DNA from: a virus
Taxonomy: Duplodnaviria > Caudoviricetes
DNA length: 53,079 nt
IMG/VR virus record: IMGVR_UViG_3300027801_001299
Coordinates: 1-53,079 of that record
Direction: 5' to 3' (one strand)
Position 1 is the stretch's first letter. Every line of letters starts with the position of its first letter. This document shows positions 47,372 through 53,079 of the stretch, one piece after another. Both the position numbers and the translations under genes were made by a program. A model generated the notes under the pieces. It had not been told where the DNA came from, made no database searches, and saw only the letters and a program-made list of their open reading frames with translations.

Positions 47372-47401
47372 TTGACAATGACCCCCCACTAATGGTATAC
47401 T
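47372..47401 (+). promoter_or_regulatory. Early promoter
   Basis: TTGACAATG, 18-nt spacer, TATACT. Confidence 0.8.
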
Positions 47402-47432
47402 ATGTACATAGAATGAAAAATAGAGGAAACAA

Positions 47433-47654
47433 ATGACAGAAATGAGAATGACATATGAAGGATTAGCACAGGCAATAGCCGATGAAGTTAATGAGGACAT
47501 CAGGTTTAATAACAATTTATCTGATGGTGATGTATATAACGATACAGTTTTAGACAGGGTGATAATGGACAGAGCAAGTTCAGTGTGTCCTGATTACCTA
47601 GATCACTACGATGTTGCTGATCTTGCAAGAGGAATGGTAGAGATAACATGGTAA
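47433..47654 (+). CDS. Acidic early hypothetical protein
   Basis: GAGG SD after the early promoter. Confidence 0.7.
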   Translation: MTEMRMTYEGLAQAIADEVNEDIRFNNNLSDGDVYNDTVLDRVIMDRASSVCPDYLDHYDVADLARGMVEITW

Positions 47655-47914
47655 CGATTACAACACCAAACAAGAATACGTTTGACAGGTATGCATTATC
47701 GGATGAGAACACCCTCGAAGGGATTCATCTTGCAACCTCGTATCCGTTCCTATGTCGATTGACCCGCCAAGAGGCAGTACTCGCACAAGGTAAGACCAAT
47801 GAGGATTGGAACGCCATGTGTAAGTTGATTGCATCTCGAACAGGTCACGTCATACAGGGACAGATACAGATAGACTACATGACTATCAATGGAAACAAAC
47901 GAGAATTCCACTAG
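47648..47914 (+). CDS. Early hypothetical protein
   Basis: Coupled to the upstream ORF. Confidence 0.65.
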   Translation: MVTITTPNKNTFDRYALSDENTLEGIHLATSYPFLCRLTRQEAVLAQGKTNEDWNAMCKLIASRTGHVIQGQIQIDYMTINGNKREFH

Positions 47915-47940
47915 ACAGATAGGATACTTTGTAGTATAAT
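47912..47940 (+). promoter_or_regulatory. Sigma70-like promoter
   Basis: TAGACA-17-TATAAT. Confidence 0.65.
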
Positions 47941-48077
47941 AGAGTATAGGTAACACGATAGTACCTGCGAAAGTATCGTGTGGTGACGGCGGAACGTCTT
48001 TAATGTTTCTGATAGGGACAGAGTGGAGTCGTCTGAGATGGCGACCCCCCTTTACTATTAGATTGGAGTATGATATA

Positions 48078-48269
48078 ATGAAAGAGAACATACAAGCGAC
48101 ATGGAATACTGTAGATGTATACAGTATTAATAAGCGTGAGACACGAGTCGCAGGTGCATCTATGTTAGAAATGCGTACAGAGACCCCTATAAGTCTCTCT
48201 GAGGGATTAAACCTATGTCGGAGACTAGAGGATGAGGGTCATGTCGTAGAGTTGCGTAGAGTGACGTAG
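48078..48269 (+). CDS. Hypothetical protein
   Basis: GGAG SD then MKENIQATW. Confidence 0.55.
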   Translation: MKENIQATWNTVDVYSINKRETRVAGASMLEMRTETPISLSEGLNLCRRLEDEGHVVELRRVT

Positions 48270-48394
48270 GAGAGGGAGCGAATAAAACAGTGCCGTGGGA
48301 CTCCTAAGAGAGCTGAGAGCTGACCTAGACCCCCACCCTGTTTATTAACGAAGATTTTTTAAAGACTCTTCCAAATTTTTTTTAGAGGAAAATT

Positions 48395-48625
48395 ATGACC
48401 AAACAACAAAAACGTAACAGAGAGAAAATCAAAGATATCTTTCTGCAAATCAAGCACGAGAAACCTTGGAGTAGCACTTCGAGATTTTATGTTGCACTTC
48501 ATCTAACTCTCTTTACACTCATATGGGGTTTCGCACTCTATGTGTTGAGTGACAGACAAGAGATGGATAAGATGTATTTGGATACACCCCCCAGTGTTTT
48601 AGATGACACTACAAAGGTGGGTTAG
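48395..48625 (+). CDS. Small membrane protein
   Basis: GAGG SD; one TM. Confidence 0.65.
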   Translation: MTKQQKRNREKIKDIFLQIKHEKPWSSTSRFYVALHLTLFTLIWGFALYVLSDRQEMDKMYLDTPPSVLDDTTKVG

Positions 48626-48630
48626 AGACT

Positions 48631-48945
48631 ATGAGTTTCTTCTACGGTTCTATGACTCATTCTTACAGTGGTAGGAAGCGTAAGACTTCTGCATATAAGA
48701 CTGCACCCCGTAAGCGTGTTGTGTTTGTACCGATGGAGATTGCACCCAGTAACCGTATGAAGGAGATTAGCGACCACTATGATAAGTATCCTTCTTATAC
48801 GGGTTCGTCCTCTACAGGGACGTGTGGTGTGTCTACGGAGACTTATAAGATAGAGGAGTCAAAGAAGTTTACCATTGCACCTGCATATAACAAAGGTGCG
48901 TATCAAGTTATAAATAAATCCAACATAAAGGATATTGGCAGATGA
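48631..48945 (+). CDS. Conserved phage hypothetical protein
   Basis: SGRKRK and TIAPAYNKGAYQVI. Confidence 0.75.
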   Translation: MSFFYGSMTHSYSGRKRKTSAYKTAPRKRVVFVPMEIAPSNRMKEISDHYDKYPSYTGSSSTGTCGVSTETYKIEESKKFTIAPAYNKGAYQVINKSNIKDIGR

Positions 48946-49112
48946 GAGTGGATTTTAAAGTCATTAAACACGCACTCGGTTCATTTGGTGAACAAGATGG
49001 GTATGATAAAAGACGTGAAGACGATATTGCGATGGTTCGTATGTTTGTAGTGGGGACTAACCTTCTATGTGGGTGGATTATCATCCTGAATATTGTAATT
49101 GGGTGGTTTTAA
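48942..49112 (+). CDS. Small membrane protein (56 aa)
   Basis: Own translation with KHALGSF and a C-terminal TM; ATGA coupling. Confidence 0.6.
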   Translation: MRVDFKVIKHALGSFGEQDGYDKRREDDIAMVRMFVVGTNLLCGWIIILNIVIGWF

Positions 49113-49285
49113 TGGAAAACAGTGACCAGTGGCAAGAAAATAGTGACGGTTGGGTTAAAACTATGAATGAATCTAAAGAAATGAAAGAAAAGTACGACAT
49201 CTACCTGAAAGAACAACTCCAAGAGAGAAATGGTGAAGTATTATCCTATAGAAAATGGTTAAGGAGAGAAAAGAATGGCTCATAG
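49112..49285 (+). CDS. Hypothetical protein
   Basis: MENSDQWQENSDGWVK; TAATG coupling. Confidence 0.6.
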   Translation: MENSDQWQENSDGWVKTMNESKEMKEKYDIYLKEQLQERNGEVLSYRKWLRREKNGS

Positions 49286-49550
49286 TGCAATGTTTGAAAA
49301 TATTAAACGAGAAAAAGTAGCTTGGTATCTTAAATGGTGTGCAAGTGTATCTCTAGTGTTAGGAATGAGTGTTCGTGCATCGGGCATACCTGAACTCGCA
49401 ATATTCGACTTAGGATTTTCCTTCGTGGGTATATGTGGTTGGTTGATGGTGAGTCTGATTTGGAATGACCGTGCATTGATATTATTAAATGCAGTTGGAT
49501 TCCTTATTTTATTGACGGGTTTAATTAAACACTTTTTCGTGGGAGTCTAA
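49275..49550 (+). CDS. Three-TM membrane protein (DUF6552-like)
   Basis: WYLKW...WNDRALILLN. Confidence 0.7.
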   Translation: MAHSAMFENIKREKVAWYLKWCASVSLVLGMSVRASGIPELAIFDLGFSFVGICGWLMVSLIWNDRALILLNAVGFLILLTGLIKHFFVGV

Positions 49551-49558
49551 ATAATACC

Positions 49559-49720
49559 ATGATAGATTTTATTTCAAATATTTTAACATTCCCTTGGTGG
49601 GTCTTTTTCAACTTCTTTGTTTATGCGTTTGGTGTACTCGTGTATTACCTCATTTACAAAGCGTTAGAAATGTATGTCCCATGGTCAGATATCGTAGAAC
49701 GATTTAAAGGGAGAAAATAA
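49559..49720 (+). CDS. Small membrane protein (53 aa)
   Basis: Own translation; TAAATA-N5-ATG upstream. Confidence 0.55.
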   Translation: MIDFISNILTFPWWVFFNFFVYAFGVLVYYLIYKALEMYVPWSDIVERFKGRK

Positions 49721-49722
49721 AT

Positions 49723-49893
49723 ATGTCAGATTTTTTAATAGCAATACACATAGGGTATGTCGTTGCATTAGTGTGGTTCGTGTGGAGAAGTGGTTTCAAA
49801 GCAGGACGTAAAGACTTAGTCGAAGAGTTGTTGGATGCAAATCTAGTCTCTGAAGATACTCTTATTAAACACTATGCACCTAAAGACTCTTAA
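49723..49893 (+). CDS. Small membrane protein (56 aa)
   Basis: GGGAG SD; N-terminal TM. Confidence 0.6.
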   Translation: MSDFLIAIHIGYVVALVWFVWRSGFKAGRKDLVEELLDANLVSEDTLIKHYAPKDS

Positions 49894-49920
49894 GGTAATA
49901 ACAACAGGAACAAATAGATT

Positions 49921-51171
49921 ATGAACAAAGCGAATCATATCGAGAATACTATACTCGCAATTAATATTTCTCATGACACCTCAATCGCAATCATTAAAAA
50001 TGGTGAAGTGGTTGATATCTTCGAGGAAGAAAGAAGCAGACGTAGTAAATATTATGCACCCAAGTGTGACGAGGAGTCTTTCCTTCAGGTCATACAATCA
50101 AAAATAAACATTGACGATATTGACGAAGTGGTTTTCAGTTCTTTCGATAGACGTATGTATGATGTTGAGATTTCGCCAGAACTCCCACAAGACCGTTTAA
50201 GGTCTAGAGAGTTCATTGCATCAGTTAAGTCCGAATGTCTCTCTAGGGGACGTATAGACACACTGGTGGACGAATATGAAGAGTTGACGGTACGCAAACA
50301 GTATGGTGACGAAGACAAAATGATTATGGACGACATTGCAGTCAATCAACTTGACTTACCCAAAGGTGAGTATCTTTATAACATCGCACATCACGAACAT
50401 CATGCCTATTGTGGGTTTGGTCTGAGTGACATGGACGAAGCTCTTATTATAGCGATGGACGGTGGTGGTTGTCGCAAGAAATGGCAGACACATCCTACTC
50501 ACCAAGAAATAGAAACAATTTATTACGGGAATAAATCCGAACACGAGATTTATACTCTATATCAAAAATTAAGTAATCATAGATTTGTCAATGACATGGG
50601 TCAATACTTTCCGAACGAACTCTATGGTGCCTTTATGAGTGGAGAGGATTTCGAAGAAACCGAGGATGGAGTGGACTATTGTTACACTTCAAATCCTAGT
50701 GCAGGAATGAATTTCTCAAACGTATCGAGTGCATTAGGAACCGACAAGTTAGGTCGTGCAGCTGGGAAGGTCATGGGAATGGCATCTTACGGTTCACATC
50801 AACCTGATGTCTATAACAAATATAATATTGCACATGAGTTAGAATTAAGTTCGTTTGAATATACTTGTCAATTAATTCAACGTGCAATCGATTATAAACC
50901 TGAGTGTAAGAATATAATACTAACAGGTGGATTTGCATTAAACTGTACTAACAATTATAAGTACCTTTCACGTTTCCCCGATTATCAAATATTCGTAGAC
51001 CCTGTTCCTCATGATGGTGGAACGGCTGCAGGTGCAGGATTACAGATGTATCAGTTTATGTTAGAAGGAGAGGTTGACCCCGAAGAGAATGGAGACGAAG
51101 ATTATTGCAAACCAAGTGCGTGGATTGAAACTACGCCTACTGAATGGACAAGGAGTATTGACCCATCATGA
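49921..51171 (+). CDS. Carbamoyltransferase (NodU/CmcH) N-terminal Kae1-like half
   Basis: SHDTS, EEER, HHEHHA, MDGGG, GKVMGMA, TGGFALN, HDGGTAAG. Confidence 0.9.
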   Translation: MNKANHIENTILAINISHDTSIAIIKNGEVVDIFEEERSRRSKYYAPKCDEESFLQVIQSKINIDDIDEVVFSSFDRRMYDVEISPELPQDRLRSREFIASVKSECLSRGRIDTLVDEYEELTVRKQYGDEDKMIMDDIAVNQLDLPKGEYLYNIAHHEHHAYCGFGLSDMDEALIIAMDGGGCRKKWQTHPTHQEIETIYYGNKSEHEIYTLYQKLSNHRFVNDMGQYFPNELYGAFMSGEDFEETEDGVDYCYTSNPSAGMNFSNVSSALGTDKLGRAAGKVMGMASYGSHQPDVYNKYNIAHELELSSFEYTCQLIQRAIDYKPECKNIILTGGFALNCTNNYKYLSRFPDYQIFVDPVPHDGGTAAGAGLQMYQFMLEGEVDPEENGDEDYCKPSAWIETTPTEWTRSIDPS

Positions 51172-51788
51172 TTACACAAATTATTAGAGACCAAGACGAG
51201 ATACTAGATTTAATTATCGATGATGCTCAGATTATTGCAATCTTCCAAGGGGAAGGAGAATGGGGCCCAAGAGCATTAGGGAATAGAAGTATTTTATTTG
51301 ACCCGACTCATCCCGAAGCCAAACAGATTGTAAATCATGTAAAGAAGAGAGAAGTGTATCGTCCGTTTGCAGGTAGTGTCATGTTAGAACACGCAGACGA
51401 ATACTTTCATATGCTTCAACTAAAAGAATCTCCGTGGATGTCCTTTGCTATTCAAGCAAAAGATATTGCGTACGAGAAGGTTCCGACATTGGTTCATGCA
51501 GATGGGACTTGTAGAATTCAGACCGTTACACATGAACAGAATAAAAACTATTATAATTTAATTAAAGGATTTTATGAACGTACAGGAGTCCCGATGATTT
51601 TTAATACATCATTTAATCTAGGTGGTGAAGCACTGGTCGATACAATTGAAGATGCGATTGACACTTGTAACCGTTCTGAAATTAATTACTTGTATGTACC
51701 TGAAGACCAAGACATACATATTCCTGAATATCTATTAAGATTTAAAAAACTAGAGGATGTCAATGTTAACGATAACGCCGACGGCTGA
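51168..51788 (+). CDS. Carbamoyltransferase C-terminal YrdC-like half
   Basis: GPRALGNRS, KKRE..RPFA, HADGTCRIQTV, NTSFN. Confidence 0.92.
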   Translation: MITQIIRDQDEILDLIIDDAQIIAIFQGEGEWGPRALGNRSILFDPTHPEAKQIVNHVKKREVYRPFAGSVMLEHADEYFHMLQLKESPWMSFAIQAKDIAYEKVPTLVHADGTCRIQTVTHEQNKNYYNLIKGFYERTGVPMIFNTSFNLGGEALVDTIEDAIDTCNRSEINYLYVPEDQDIHIPEYLLRFKKLEDVNVNDNADG

Positions 51789-52314
51789 AGATTGGATTGC
51801 AACTACAGGAATTAATCCTATACGATTTGGTGCAAGACCTAATAAAGGTTGTGCAGGATATGAATATATTTGGGAGAGAGGAACTTATATTGAAGGTAGA
51901 GATTATCAGCTTAATATAAATGATAGATTTACTATATTAGTTGGTGTTAATCATAAAAGATATGTTGACTGTTGTGAGATAGATTTAAAAACTCAGGACG
52001 ATGGTCTCTTAACAAAGGTTGAATTTAAAAACGAGAAGACCAAAGTAGTTTGTGGTTGTGGTGAGTCGTTAGACTTCGAAGAAAACATCGCCGATAATCC
52101 TGATGAAATATGGGCTATGGGACGAATGATAAACTACAGAAGTTTTGGGCCGCATAACGACCCTTGGAAAAAAGTAGAACCAAACGAGGATGGTGAGTTA
52201 GTTGTTCGTCCATCAATTGAAGTTGTGAAACCCGAACTCCTGCAAAGAGATACAGTAAAAGAAGTTACTCCAAATACACTTACTAATAAATACAAGAATT
52301 GGAGAAAGGTATGA
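51757..52314 (+). CDS. IscA/HesB-like Fe-S carrier with C-terminal extension
   Basis: GCAGYEY and CGCGES. Confidence 0.8.
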   Translation: MSMLTITPTAEDWIATTGINPIRFGARPNKGCAGYEYIWERGTYIEGRDYQLNINDRFTILVGVNHKRYVDCCEIDLKTQDDGLLTKVEFKNEKTKVVCGCGESLDFEENIADNPDEIWAMGRMINYRSFGPHNDPWKKVEPNEDGELVVRPSIEVVKPELLQRDTVKEVTPNTLTNKYKNWRKV

Positions 52315-52694
52315 AGACTTCCAGTGCAAAAGCAAAAGGAAGAAAACTCCAACAGTGGTTTACTCAAAAATTAATTGAGGGTCTCAATCTAAATGAAGAA
52401 GATTTAGAATCTAGACCGATGGGGTCACAAGGTGAGGATATCATTATGGGACGAGAGTCTCGTGAGAAGTTCCCCTACTCCATCGAGTGTAAAAACCAAG
52501 AAGCAGTAAACGTGTGGAAGGCCTACGAACAGGCAGAAACAAATTGTAAAGGGTATGAACCCTTAGTGGTAATTAAACGTAACCGAAGTAAACCTTTGGT
52601 TCTTGTAGATGCAGAACATTATATCTCATTACATAAACAAAAAATGACACCACTAGAACAACAAGCAATGGAAGTAGGATTAAACAAGTTATGA
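52311..52694 (+). CDS. PD-(D/E)xK Holliday junction resolvase-like nuclease
   Basis: SAKAKGR, GEDI, SIECKNQE. Confidence 0.8.
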   Translation: MKTSSAKAKGRKLQQWFTQKLIEGLNLNEEDLESRPMGSQGEDIIMGRESREKFPYSIECKNQEAVNVWKAYEQAETNCKGYEPLVVIKRNRSKPLVLVDAEHYISLHKQKMTPLEQQAMEVGLNKL

Positions 52695-53079
52695 GAAGTT
52701 TTGCAGATATAACAGAAGTAAGGAAAACCGACAAACCACCTATACGGTTGTTAATCGTGTCTGCAAAGAATAGTAGTAAGAAACCATTTATCACTGCAGG
52801 ACGATTACAAGAAGAGTGTAAGAAGAAAGGACTAGACTCCTACATTGCTCATATTGAAGAAGCAGTTATCAATAAAGAAAAAGATGTTACTACCATTAGT
52901 AATCACGGTTCAGATGTTGATTGGGTCTTGGACGAAAATGTAATTGCAATCGTTCGTGGTTCAGCTGCAAGTAAAGATTCCTACATGGATTTAGTTTCTC
53001 AGTTAGAGAAGATGAATATCCCATGTGTCAACAATCGTGAAACTGTTAGTATGTGTGCAGACAAATACTGGAGTTCAAT
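52691..53079 (+). CDS. RimK-like ATP-grasp ligase, 3'-truncated
   Basis: Own translation MRSFADITE...AIVRG...LEKMNIPCVNNRETVSMCADKY. Confidence 0.75.
   Translation, partial: MRSFADITEVRKTDKPPIRLLIVSAKNSSKKPFITAGRLQEECKKKGLDSYIAHIEEAVINKEKDVTTISNHGSDVDWVLDENVIAIVRGSAASKDSYMDLVSQLEKMNIPCVNNRETVSMCADKYWSS

Noticed and set aside
47146-47436. 96-aa ORF
   Set aside because: It runs through two promoters and a stem-loop. Only a shorter product from ATG 47260 is conceivable, and it is not supported.
1-53079. CRISPR array, integrase, reverse transcriptase or stop-codon recoding
   Set aside because: No repeat-spacer array or relevant motifs were seen. Genes read intact in the standard code, and tRNA-Ser(TGA) reads UCA, so it is not a suppressor.

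Overview
53-kb segment of an AT-rich T4-like myovirus genome, almost entirely + strand, with the gene content typical of marine T4-like phages of Gram-negative hosts. From left to right it holds: the end of a curlin-like gene and a CHASE2 adenylate cyclase; hsp20 with a ROSE-like thermometer; peroxiredoxin; a putative DNA-modification block (cytidylyltransferase and two glycosyltransferases); lysozyme; gp43 with an inserted EndoVII-like nuclease; IscU, uvsX and gp41; a ~12-kb late cluster of putative capsid-targeted, protease-processed internal proteins, next to a ligase-fold enzyme and including a HIGH-nucleotidyltransferase/P-loop kinase fusion; primase; nrdA/nrdB; a ~260-nt structured ncRNA candidate; spanins; 2OG-Fe(II) oxygenases; a TorF-like porin; four tRNAs; a 46-48.4 kb control region with divergent early promoters, phased GTGG repeats and a G/C skew switch; a split carbamoyltransferase; IscA; a resolvase; and a truncated RimK-like ligase. 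All calls come from reading motifs by eye, and no database searches were run.
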